Of a stretch of 43,840 bases of DNA, positions 17,733 through 27,376 are shown in pieces (within the stretch, counting starts at the first letter, position 1; every line of letters begins with the position of its first letter). Both the position numbers and the translations under genes were made by a program. The notes under the pieces were generated by a model, which worked only from the letters and a program-made list of their open reading frames with translations, had not been told where the DNA came from and searched no databases. Source of the DNA: Promethearchaeota archaeon (lineage in GTDB: Archaea; Asgardarchaeota; Lokiarchaeia; Sigyniarchaeales; SOKP01); the NCBI GenBank assembly GCA_048938445.1, contig JBHLME010000021.1:1-43840 (forward strand), written 5' to 3'.

Positions 17733-20414
17733 ATGAGAAATAAGGGAATGAAAGAACCTAAACGTAATTCAATTAATTTATTGCTCCTATCCATTTCGTT
17801 AATAATATTTGGTTCATTGAGCTTGTTATTTATTACTCAAATGGACTTACAAGCGGGGTGGGTATGGGAAGGAATCTCTAATACACATCCTGGAGAAGTT
17901 CATACCATAGTTATCGATGATATGGATAACGACGGAATTTCCGATATTGCTTGTTATCTTGATGTTACGAGTGGAGATGAACGATATGGTGATAATAATA
18001 AACCTAATTTCGGGAGCATACATGTTCTAAGCGGTGCAACAGGAAATGAAATTTGGAAAAATGAGTATGGAAATCCCGTGAAAAGAGTATTTCAAATATT
18101 TGACTATGACAATGATACTATAAAGGATTTCTTTGTATGTCGTAGTAAAAATCCATCTAATTTTACAAAGGAACCCAAATATGATGAAGAAGGTTTTAGT
18201 TATCATACTGATCCTATCCCTGATAACAATTCTAATCATCTCATTAGCGGAATAGATGGTTCAGAATTAACGATAGACTATGGAATTGATTCAAAGAATT
18301 TCACGAATTATTATATTTCTGATTTAGTTTATTTTAACGAAACAGAGGATATTGTTGAGGATTTAATTTGTTTGGAATATAATTATGACTATGATGTAGA
18401 AACGTATAATGAATCAATCACGGGTTATTATATAAATGGGACGTTGAAATATAAGAAATTTATTCGTGATAATATTAATGTAGAAGAATTTGATGATAAT
18501 GATGCTCGTCCAAGAATTGAATTATTTAATTATGGGGGTATACTACACCTATTATATGTAGAAAGTGACAAATTATTATTAATAAATTTAACAAGCCAAG
18601 ATAACTATTCAACTAATATCTTTGAAGTTAAAACTGCTGTTGATTATTCTTTCAAGATTCAAGATTTTAAGGTAATTGAGGATTTAGATGGAAATGGAAT
18701 ATCCGAATTGTTCTTAGCTAACGCTTCAGGTGGAGCAATGATTATTAATGGAACTGACGGAATGCTTATTTATCAACTTTATGACATCATTACTAGTGGT
18801 AAAGATTTCGATAATGTTAAAATTAATGAAATTCCCACTACTGTTGGAGATAATTTTACTTATATTGTTATATCAATATCAAGCACAGAATCTAATCGTA
18901 GTTCCTGGACAGGAGTATATTCAATTGAACAAGGTGAATTTAACGAATTATGGCGTAAATTAACAAGTCCACAAAGTAGATCACCAACTTATGTCTTAGA
19001 CTCTGATATGAATGGTGATTCAGTAAAGGATTTATTGCTCTATGATGAATTTCAACCATTTTACGCCTCAAATTCAATAAAACGTTATACAATAGTTAAT
19101 GCATTAAATCATAATGAAGTATATGGTATAATGAATTTACGGGAAAGTATTGAGGAAGGCATAATTTTTTCAGATTTTAACAATGATGGAATAAGAGATA
19201 TAGTTGGTGTAAGCAATGTAAAAGTCATGGTAATTGCAATGGTACCCCCGATTTCTCTTTGGAATTCTCCTCGATTTATCTTTGGATTACCACTAACGAT
19301 TTTATGTATTGCCTTTTTAATATTAGGAGTGATAATCTTGATACTTAAAAGTAGAGAATTACGATTTAATATTAAAAAAAGTATAAATGAAAATAAATTA
19401 ACTCTGGTCGTTGATACTATTGGAATAACCTTAATTACAATTAGTTTCCTTTTATTTCTAATTCAAATAGATGTCTTCAATTTAACTTTAATTACTGGTG
19501 AATCCTTCTCTCAAATAGCAATTGTATTTGTTGTAGTATCTATATTATGGTATACATTTTTACCTTTAACTGCTGCTGTTTATAATCATTTCTCTCCATA
19601 TTTTGCATTTTTTATTATCAAATTGCGTGAGTTGTTTTTTAGGCTCTCTAAAGCTTATAACAAGGAAATAGTAGTATTAGATATGGGAGAGAGAAAAGAA
19701 TTGGGTAAAATTAACAAGTTAAAAAGAGTGATATTACCTACATTATTATCAATTGCTGTAGGTTTTTATTTCTATAATACTATGGCCCCAATATTAGGTT
19801 ATTCTCAGAGTTTTACATCATTTGGATCTACAGAATTCTTTAGTTTTATTTCAGGATATACTCTCTTATGTACATTACCAATGGTCTTATCATTCACAAT
19901 TTTTAGCTTTTTGATTGCAGGTAGTTCATTACTTGATGATGCAGGCATTGTATTTTATCGAGAATCAAAAACTTATAGGAGTCCAGGAGATATAGAGCCC
20001 ATCAGTATATGGGCTCAATCATTAATAAAAGGAATTGCTGGAATTTCAGCGATTATTGTTTTCGTGAGTTTCTTTATTAATGTCGATTTTTCAGGTTTCT
20101 TTTCAATAGAAATGGGAGGGATAATGTTTGTGATTTTTGGTATATTCATTGTAATCGTGATGTTTTGGGCCCAACCATTCATAACATCCTTATCTTACAT
20201 GCTTCTAGCTGAAGATGTTATGGATTTTACACATGAAGCCAATATCAAGAGGTTATTCCAAAAAATGGAAAAAAATGGATTTGATACAACACCTCGATTA
20301 TTAGGTAATCTATATCCTATGGGATATAAACCATCAAAAAGAACCCAGCTTTTAGAAAGTTCAAAAGAGAAAAGAGGAATGAAATTTAAGTTATTTTCTT
20401 TAAAAAAGAAATAA
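17733..20414 (+). CDS. Large membrane protein: extracellular FG-GAP/VCBS-type beta-propeller plus about 7 C-terminal TM helices
   Basis: N-terminal signal anchor; five DxD/NxDG-type Ca-binding loops (DMDNDGISDI, DYDNDTIKDF, DLDGNGISEL, DMNGDSVKDL, DFNNDGIRDI); many N-x-S/T sequons; hydrophobic C-terminal 40%. Confidence 0.75.
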   Translation: MRNKGMKEPKRNSINLLLLSISLIIFGSLSLLFITQMDLQAGWVWEGISNTHPGEVHTIVIDDMDNDGISDIACYLDVTSGDERYGDNNKPNFGSIHVLSGATGNEIWKNEYGNPVKRVFQIFDYDNDTIKDFFVCRSKNPSNFTKEPKYDEEGFSYHTDPIPDNNSNHLISGIDGSELTIDYGIDSKNFTNYYISDLVYFNETEDIVEDLICLEYNYDYDVETYNESITGYYINGTLKYKKFIRDNINVEEFDDNDARPRIELFNYGGILHLLYVESDKLLLINLTSQDNYSTNIFEVKTAVDYSFKIQDFKVIEDLDGNGISELFLANASGGAMIINGTDGMLIYQLYDIITSGKDFDNVKINEIPTTVGDNFTYIVISISSTESNRSSWTGVYSIEQGEFNELWRKLTSPQSRSPTYVLDSDMNGDSVKDLLLYDEFQPFYASNSIKRYTIVNALNHNEVYGIMNLRESIEEGIIFSDFNNDGIRDIVGVSNVKVMVIAMVPPISLWNSPRFIFGLPLTILCIAFLILGVIILILKSRELRFNIKKSINENKLTLVVDTIGITLITISFLLFLIQIDVFNLTLITGESFSQIAIVFVVVSILWYTFLPLTAAVYNHFSPYFAFFIIKLRELFFRLSKAYNKEIVVLDMGERKELGKINKLKRVILPTLLSIAVGFYFYNTMAPILGYSQSFTSFGSTEFFSFISGYTLLCTLPMVLSFTIFSFLIAGSSLLDDAGIVFYRESKTYRSPGDIEPISIWAQSLIKGIAGISAIIVFVSFFINVDFSGFFSIEMGGIMFVIFGIFIVIVMFWAQPFITSLSYMLLAEDVMDFTHEANIKRLFQKMEKNGFDTTPRLLGNLYPMGYKPSKRTQLLESSKEKRGMKFKLFSLKKK

Positions 20415-20538
20415 TTTTTTTTTAAAAATTTCTGGAATTATTTATTCAAATTTGATGATTTAAATTATTTAATTAAGAAGATCAGCTTTTTATGGGTTAT
20501 ATCATTCTTTTATTCATATAAAATTTTAAGTATTTTAG

Positions 20539-21600
20539 ATGATAGAACGAATAATCGTGTTGGGGGGTAAAGGCGGTGTCGGTAAAAGCACTATAAGCGC
20601 GGCTACTGCTGTTGCCTTATCGGATTTACTTCCCGAAAAAAAAATTTTATTAATTTCATTTGATATTGCTCATAATATCAGCGACTTATTCGACCGAGAA
20701 GTAGGAGACAAATTAACTAAACTCACCGATAATCTTTGGGGTATTGAACCCGATCCCGATGTATATGCTGAAGAATACACTGAAGAATTTAATTCAAAAA
20801 TGCGTGAGCTCATGAAAAGAATGCCAATCGTTGGTCAAATTCCTCAAATTAAGAATTTCATTGATACAACGATGACTTCTGATTCAATACCATTAGCTTT
20901 AAAGAATAGCATGTTTTTCCAGAAAATTTTAGACGCTGATAATAGCATTTATAGAGATCAAAACGTAGAAGCAATTGATTTCGATATTGTTGTGGCAGAT
21001 TTTCCTCCTACAGGTAACATGATCGCATTATTTGACATACCAGAGGATCAAGTTCGAGTTTTATTAAAATACACCTTAAATTTCTTTAATTCTATCAGAG
21101 ATGCTGTAAAGACATTTCGAAAAACAATGATGAAACCTCTTGCCAAGTTATTCAGCCCGATAAGTGGTCAAGATACCAGAAGAGAAATCGGTAAGGAAGT
21201 TTTTAAAATGCTTAAAGAACTCGAGGAAAGGGGAACGAGAATAAGTGAATTGATTCATAAAAAAGGTTCTCTTCGATTAGTAACCATTGCTGAAAAACCA
21301 AGTTTTGAGGAAATAAAGAGAGCGAGAGACTTATCGAGGAAATACATAACACTTGATGGTGTCCATATCAACATGCTTACTCCAAAAAAATCTGCTAAAA
21401 AATGCAAATTTTGTGGGAAAATGCATACCCAACAAAATAAATACATGACCGAAATAAAAGAAGAATTTAAAAATCTAACAATCTGGGAATCTGATAAGCT
21501 CGAAGATGAACCCATCGGTTTAGATGGATTGAGAAGGCTTGCTCGTGAAGTATATGGAGATGTTAATCCTGAAGAAATTTTAACTCCCAATAAAAAATAA
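20539..21600 (+). CDS. ArsA/Get3(TRC40)-family ATPase
   Basis: GKGGVGKST P-loop, SFDIAH (switch I variant), DFPPTG (switch II variant), CKFC and EPIGLDGL. Confidence 0.9.
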   Translation: MIERIIVLGGKGGVGKSTISAATAVALSDLLPEKKILLISFDIAHNISDLFDREVGDKLTKLTDNLWGIEPDPDVYAEEYTEEFNSKMRELMKRMPIVGQIPQIKNFIDTTMTSDSIPLALKNSMFFQKILDADNSIYRDQNVEAIDFDIVVADFPPTGNMIALFDIPEDQVRVLLKYTLNFFNSIRDAVKTFRKTMMKPLAKLFSPISGQDTRREIGKEVFKMLKELEERGTRISELIHKKGSLRLVTIAEKPSFEEIKRARDLSRKYITLDGVHINMLTPKKSAKKCKFCGKMHTQQNKYMTEIKEEFKNLTIWESDKLEDEPIGLDGLRRLAREVYGDVNPEEILTPNKK

Positions 21601-21614
21601 TCAATAAATTTATT

Positions 21615-22394
21615 TTGATAAATGTTAATAATATTATTAACATGACGTATGATGCCTATTTTCCTGGTGTTTTAACAATTTTCATTTATTATATAATCCT
21701 TATCATTTTAAGCATTTTAATAAGTATATTGATGTTTAAGAAATATTTTGAGAGAAAAACTAAAGCTACGTTTTACATGTCTCTTGTTTATACAATGGGT
21801 ACAATTGCTTTGTTTATCATAAGTATTGGCTTATACGAAGTAATACTTACAGGATATTTCAAGGAAATATATAGATTATCTCTACCACTAGGATTTACAT
21901 TTTTAAATATCGCTAGTATGATTATTTTAATTATCGCGGGTGATGTAACAGAAAGTCAAATATACAAAAAGGTGAAAATTCCGATAATAATCTTAGGTGT
22001 ACTCATCATAGTTCTACTCTTTCTTCCCACGAATTGGTGGGGAACCCCCCAAGTAGATTATGAAGGAAAGTTAAGTACTCGTTTAATAGTTACTGCATTT
22101 CTTGCATTGTACAATGTTTTAATTTATATTTTTATGGCTCGAATATACTATTTGGCCAGCCATAGAACGATAGATCCTGTTGCTCGATTTGGTTTTAGAT
22201 TACTCGATTATTCCATGATTTGCATGGTTATTTTCCTATTACTATATACCATTGACACTATATTAATTGCCCTTGGTGATAAAGGATATTCTATATTTAT
22301 TTATATTGCATGGTTTTTTGTAATATCTTTCTATGTACTTTCCTATTTATCATTGGTCATGCCACATTGGGTAGAAAAACGAATAAAAAAATAG
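21615..22394 (+). CDS. 7TM membrane protein (putative receptor)
   Basis: Seven hydrophobic helices ending LVMPHW plus a basic tail; same architecture as 4958..5713. Confidence 0.7.
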   Translation: MINVNNIINMTYDAYFPGVLTIFIYYIILIILSILISILMFKKYFERKTKATFYMSLVYTMGTIALFIISIGLYEVILTGYFKEIYRLSLPLGFTFLNIASMIILIIAGDVTESQIYKKVKIPIIILGVLIIVLLFLPTNWWGTPQVDYEGKLSTRLIVTAFLALYNVLIYIFMARIYYLASHRTIDPVARFGFRLLDYSMICMVIFLLLYTIDTILIALGDKGYSIFIYIAWFFVISFYVLSYLSLVMPHWVEKRIKK

Positions 22395-22458
22395 AAAGAA
22401 GTCTTTTTATGTGTCAAAATTTACTATTTTAAATACCAAATACAAAACGATAAAGATT

Positions 22459-23613
22459 TTATTTATTTAATCTCCTTTTTCTTGATAATGCCATGGACTT
22501 GTTCAAAATACCATTAAACGTGTTCATATTTTTAAATAAATCAATTTCTTCACCGCAACCCATTCTAAGAAGCTCAATTACAGAAAGTATTTTATACTTT
22601 TGCATTTGCATTCGATAATCCAAAGAAAAGGTCGAAATACATCCCGGACAGGTATTAATTATATATTTAGACCCTGTTTTTTTAATTTCTTTAAATCTTT
22701 TCTTTCGAGTGTTTTCCATCAGTTTACGATCCAGCAAACCCAATGATAATCCACAACATAAAGCATCCTCACGGTTATGTTCTAATTCAATTATTTCACA
22801 TCCCGTTGCTTCCACTATTTTTCGAGGATAATCCAATAATTCAGGGTATTTTTTTACAACACATGAATCATGAAAAGCAACTTTTAAATTCAACTTGTTT
22901 GTTATATTCAAATCTCCTGCTTCAATAGCTTTATAAATATATTCCCAAATTGATGTTAGTTCAAAATCATTGGATATGCTCGGATATTCATTCTTATAAG
23001 CCTCATAACATTCATTACAAAAAATTATTAATTTTTTAACTCCTAAATCAGAGAATTTTGAATATAATCTCTCTTCAATTTCGTCTTTCGAAAGAGGCAT
23101 GCTCATTCGATGATATACCTCACCACAACAAAAATCAATACCTCCAGCAAACACTTTACTTTCTAATAATCCTTCAAGCGTGGGATTTGTATATAAATGT
23201 TGCATAAAATAGGAAATAGAACACCCTAATAACACAAGCTCTTCGGAATTCGAAGGCGATTTCCATTTTGCTAGATTTTTCGCTTCCTTAGTAGTCATCA
23301 TTTCCTGTTCATAAAATTTAAAAACATTTGATTTATTGAAAGGAAATAGAAATTTACTTGATCTTGGAATTTTTCCGTTTTCATCTAATTCTTTAATTTG
23401 TAATAATCTTAACTCTTTAATTAATTCTGAAGGATTTAAATCATTTGGACAATAGAAATCACATGTTCCACAGGTTGCGCATTCATTAACAATGAAACTT
23501 GAACCAGCAATTAAATTTTCGATTTCTTGTTTAGCCCGATCAATATTTAACTCTATAACGGGACAATTTTCCAAACATATTCCACATCTTACACATTGTT
23601 CTACATCAAACAT
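22459..23613 (-). CDS. Fe-S oxidoreductase, HdrD/GlpC-like (2x[4Fe-4S] plus two CCG domains)
   Basis: CxxCxxCxxxCP twice, FCCG, HDSC, LCCG and CPGC. Confidence 0.88.
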   Translation of the reverse strand: MFDVEQCVRCGICLENCPVIELNIDRAKQEIENLIAGSSFIVNECATCGTCDFYCPNDLNPSELIKELRLLQIKELDENGKIPRSSKFLFPFNKSNVFKFYEQEMMTTKEAKNLAKWKSPSNSEELVLLGCSISYFMQHLYTNPTLEGLLESKVFAGGIDFCCGEVYHRMSMPLSKDEIEERLYSKFSDLGVKKLIIFCNECYEAYKNEYPSISNDFELTSIWEYIYKAIEAGDLNITNKLNLKVAFHDSCVVKKYPELLDYPRKIVEATGCEIIELEHNREDALCCGLSLGLLDRKLMENTRKKRFKEIKKTGSKYIINTCPGCISTFSLDYRMQMQKYKILSVIELLRMGCGEEIDLFKNMNTFNGILNKSMALSRKRRLNK

Positions 23614-23842
23614 TATTAAATTCGTAATTAATAAAGTAGAAATAAATATAAGATTTATTAAATTGCTTTAGTACCGTATTTGAAAGAAAAATTAATATTA
23701 TTATGAATAAAATTATAAATTTTTACCAGGTTTTGGAAAAATCTCAATAAATTTATTGGAAATATTAAGCATTTATAGCTTATATACATACTATTTAAAA
23801 AGTAAACACAATTAAGACTTATAAAATTATGAGGAGTTTAAG

Positions 23843-24289
23843 ATCACGAATATAGAAATACCTATAAAAAAGAAAAAAAGAATTTCGATTATAGCACATG
23901 GCGAAAGAAAGGAAGACCTAATTGAATGGGTAAAATTCAATAATAATACTTTTAGTAAACATGAATAATATGCAACAGGCACTACAGGAACACGTATAAT
24001 AAAAGAAGTTGGTCTTGAAGTTCAAAGATTTCTCAGTGGACCATTAGGAGGTGATCAACAGATTGGAGCAAAAATTACTCAAGGTGAAATTGATTTTCTT
24101 ATTTTTTTCTGGGATCCTCTTGAATCTCACCCTCATGATCCTGATGTGAAAGCATTATTAAGAATAGCAGTGGTTTGGAACATCCCAATAGCATGCAATA
24201 GGGCATCCGCGGACTTTTTAGTATCATCTCCTCTCATGCATGAAGATTATACCAGGAAAGTAATAGATTATTCAAAAAGATATGCTTAA
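23843..24289 (+). pseudogene. mgsA: Methylglyoxal synthase pseudogene
   Basis: Not in the ORF track. [76 protein letters not shown]; in-frame TAA at 23966-23968; AHD reads AHG; first codon after GAGGAG is ATC. Confidence 0.92.
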
Positions 24290-24394
24290 GGGATTTAATC
24301 AGTAAACCCTTGAATTTTCTGGCAATAATTTATCAAATTTTACTCTATTTCAGGATTTAACTTATAGGTTTTAAGCAAGAAAATTTATCATTTT

Positions 24395-24748
24395 TTAATG
24401 AGCGTGAGGTTTTGGATGACCTCCAGCAATAATAAAATAAATTTTTTCACTTTTCAGATTTTTCAATAATACATGGGAACCTTCAGGAAAAAAATAAGTT
24501 TCTCCTTCATTTAATACTATTTCTTTATCTTCATCATTAATTAAAATCTTTCCTTTTGGTAAATATAAAATTTCTTCATGTCCGCTACCAGCTCCTGCCT
24601 TTCTCCCTGATTCTTCCGGATCTAGATAACATAATCCCAAATATACATCTTTAATCTTAGCATTTTGCATTCTACCATAAAAAAATTCTCTTTTAACCGA
24701 ATTTTCACATTTCTCTTTTAAATTGAAAACCATCATAAGATTATTCAT
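24395..24748 (-). CDS. Cupin-domain protein
   Basis: GHEEILYLPKGKI..LNEGETYFFPEG..H..N cupin motifs. Confidence 0.75.
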   Translation of the reverse strand: MNNLMMVFNLKEKCENSVKREFFYGRMQNAKIKDVYLGLCYLDPEESGRKAGAGSGHEEILYLPKGKILINDEDKEIVLNEGETYFFPEGSHVLLKNLKSEKIYFIIAGGHPKPHAH

Positions 24749-25058
24749 ATAATAGAAAAATATAAATTTTTATAATTTGAAGTTTAACTTACTGTTGATC
24801 TTATAAAACTGAATATGAGCCTACTAAAAATGGTTTATTAAATGATATTGATAAATCTAAGTTCTCTCCTTATATCTATAGAAATAGGAATATTGCTCTT
24901 TTTTTAAATAATCAATTTCAATTTTATGTAATTGAAGTTATAAGTTCTATTGGATATTCCTTAAAATCGAGAGAGTTAGTTTCCATTTAGTACTTATTAA
25001 TATGAACATTTTAATTCTAATAACATCCACTTATGATATATAAGGAGCTCCTTTTCCT

Positions 25059-25130
25059 CTATGTAGAATCAACAAAAACTTTAAATATAAATAATTGTTA
25101 GATCTATATAGCACTATGTAGAATCAACAA
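25059..25130 (+). promoter_or_regulatory. Two identical 17-bp operator-like sites flanking a TATA box
   Basis: CTATGTAGAATCAACAA at 25059-25075 and 25114-25130; core TGTnGAnTCnACA is palindromic; TTTAAATA lies between them at 25080-25087. Confidence 0.7.
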
Positions 25131-25142
25131 TAAAAAAAATTA

Positions 25143-26753
25143 GTGATTAAGATGAAAATTTTATTAATATATCCAAAATATCCAAAAACTTTTTGGAGCT
25201 ATTCAGATGTTCTAAAAATAATTGATAAAAAGGCGATTTTTCCACCTCTAGGATTATTAACAGTAGCTTCTATGTTACCCGAGGAGTGGGAAAAAAAATT
25301 AGTTGATTGCAATGTTAATGATTTAACTGATGCTGATTTAATTTGGGCAGATATGGTGTTTATAAGTGCAATGATTGTTCAAAAAGACAATGTATATTCT
25401 ATTTTAATGAGATGTAGTGCTCTAAATAAGACAGTGGTTGTAGGAGGCCCTCTTTTTTCAGCTATCCCACAAGATTTTGAGGATATGGGTATCAGTCACT
25501 TTGTTCTTAATGAAGCAGAAATTACTTTACCCTTATTCCTTAAAGATCTAGAGGAAGGTAAGGCAAAAAAAATGTATCATAGTTCAGAGCGCCCCGATCT
25601 TAAAAATACTCCAATACCAATGTGGTCTCTGATTGATTTTAATGATTACTATTCTGCACTGATTCAATATTCACGGGGATGCCCTTTCAATTGCGAGTTT
25701 TGTGATATCATTGTGATGAACGGGAGGGTCCCTAGGACAAAATCTCCTAAGCAAATCATCAATGAGCTCCAAGCAATCTATGACTTAGATTTTAGGGGAA
25801 TGGTGTTTTTTGTAGATGATAATTTCATTGGGAACAAGAAAGACACCAAATTACTCCTTCCAAAAATTATTGAATGGCAACAAGAACGCGATTATCCATT
25901 TAATTTTTTCACGGAATCGAGTCTCAATCTATCAGAAGACACAGAATTGATGGAATTAATGAGTGAGGCTAATTTTACTAATGTTTTTTTAGGTATTGAA
26001 ACTCCTTCCTATGAAAGTTTGAAGGAATGCGGAAAATTTCAAAATATTAAGATAGATCTCGTTGAATCAATCAGAACAATACAAGAGCATGGAATGCAGG
26101 TAATGGGGGGATTTATTTTAGGATTTGATAAAGATCCAGAAGATATATTTGATGCAATGATTGAATATATTCAAAAAACGGGAATTGTAACTGCTATGGT
26201 GGGGTTGTTAACTGCTCTACCTGGTACACGATTATGGCATAGACTTAAAGAAGAAGGTCGTCTAATTCCCGGTTGTACAGGTGAAAATACCGATGTTGTA
26301 ACAAATATTAATCCTTTAATGGGAATGGAAAACTTAGTTAATGGTTACATCCACGTGCTTAAAACTATCTATAATCCAAAAAACTACTATAAAAGAATTG
26401 AAACTCTACTTGAACATTTAAAACTTAACCCAACAGTTTTAAATTGGGATGAAAATACATCCAATAAAAAAAAAAAAATTCAATACGGAGATAGTATGAT
26501 GGTTCTTCGGATAATATGGGAAATAGTTATTAAATCTCACAATCGTTTCCGATTTTTGAGATTATTGGTAAGGACTTTAAGGAAGAGACCAGAATTACGT
26601 TATATAGCTGCTGAACTTGCAATTTATGGGCATCATTTCGAGAAGAATATGAAAGAAGTGGTTAAAAACAAACCAAATGTAAATAATTTGCCAATTCCAC
26701 AATCTATCCCATCTAAAAATACCTTAAAACCAACAGAAATCTTGTTAGTATAA
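25143..26753 (+). CDS. B12-binding radical SAM protein (DUF4070-type C-terminus)
   Basis: PPLGLLTVA, VVGGP, SRGCPFNCEFC, FVDDNF and LPGTRL; the true start may be a downstream ATG. Confidence 0.9.
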   Translation: MIKMKILLIYPKYPKTFWSYSDVLKIIDKKAIFPPLGLLTVASMLPEEWEKKLVDCNVNDLTDADLIWADMVFISAMIVQKDNVYSILMRCSALNKTVVVGGPLFSAIPQDFEDMGISHFVLNEAEITLPLFLKDLEEGKAKKMYHSSERPDLKNTPIPMWSLIDFNDYYSALIQYSRGCPFNCEFCDIIVMNGRVPRTKSPKQIINELQAIYDLDFRGMVFFVDDNFIGNKKDTKLLLPKIIEWQQERDYPFNFFTESSLNLSEDTELMELMSEANFTNVFLGIETPSYESLKECGKFQNIKIDLVESIRTIQEHGMQVMGGFILGFDKDPEDIFDAMIEYIQKTGIVTAMVGLLTALPGTRLWHRLKEEGRLIPGCTGENTDVVTNINPLMGMENLVNGYIHVLKTIYNPKNYYKRIETLLEHLKLNPTVLNWDENTSNKKKKIQYGDSMMVLRIIWEIVIKSHNRFRFLRLLVRTLRKRPELRYIAAELAIYGHHFEKNMKEVVKNKPNVNNLPIPQSIPSKNTLKPTEILLV

Positions 26754-26906
26754 TTATTATCTTTTTAATTCTTTTTTTAAATTATTTAGTGAGATAAAAG
26801 AAGTTTAAGTTAAAATAAATGGAAGTTTAGCAAAAAAAGTTGTTGTTCGAGGTATATATTGATATCTTTTAAGAATATGAAAAAATATAAAAAATTCTAT
26901 AATAAA

Positions 26907-27111
26907 TTAAGTTTCCTCCTCATATCCATGGATGTAATTATGTTGCTTCTCCTTTAATTCATTGATTTCAATTTCTATGGATTGAAGTTTTGTAAAATCT
27001 ACTTTAACACCTATTTCAACTAGAACTTCGGTCATTCTTAGCTTTAATTTATCCTTTTTTTTAAAATAACATTTTCGATATTTAAGATTGTAAAACAAAA
27101 TATATATCCTT
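26907..27111 (-). pseudogene. ahcY: Relic of an adenosylhomocysteinase 3' end
   Basis: The last 51 codons match the AhcY C-terminus at 33/51 aa by manual alignment; homology continues upstream in another frame (DIYFVLQS* vs DMSFALQSL). Confidence 0.88.
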
Positions 27112-27376
27112 AGAATCAAAAATGAAATATCTTCCTTTATTGAAATATATTGCAACCCTCATTCTTCCAAAATATTAAACCTTTTAATTATTAATTAATG
27201 ATTTAAATATTAAACTGAAATAGATTTAATTAACTAATAAAATATTTCATGGCCAAAATTAAATCCCTACGTAATTTTTTTAGAAGATTTCAGTAAGTTG
27301 GAGAAGGTAAATAAACTTTTAAAAATTTAGGGAGAAATTTTACTTAAAATATAAACCTAGTATGAGATGATATTAA

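Noticed and set aside
25059-25130. Mini-CRISPR (repeat, 38-nt spacer, repeat)
   Set aside because: Only two 17-bp copies, shorter than CRISPR repeats. The spacer contains the TATA box and no cas genes are present.
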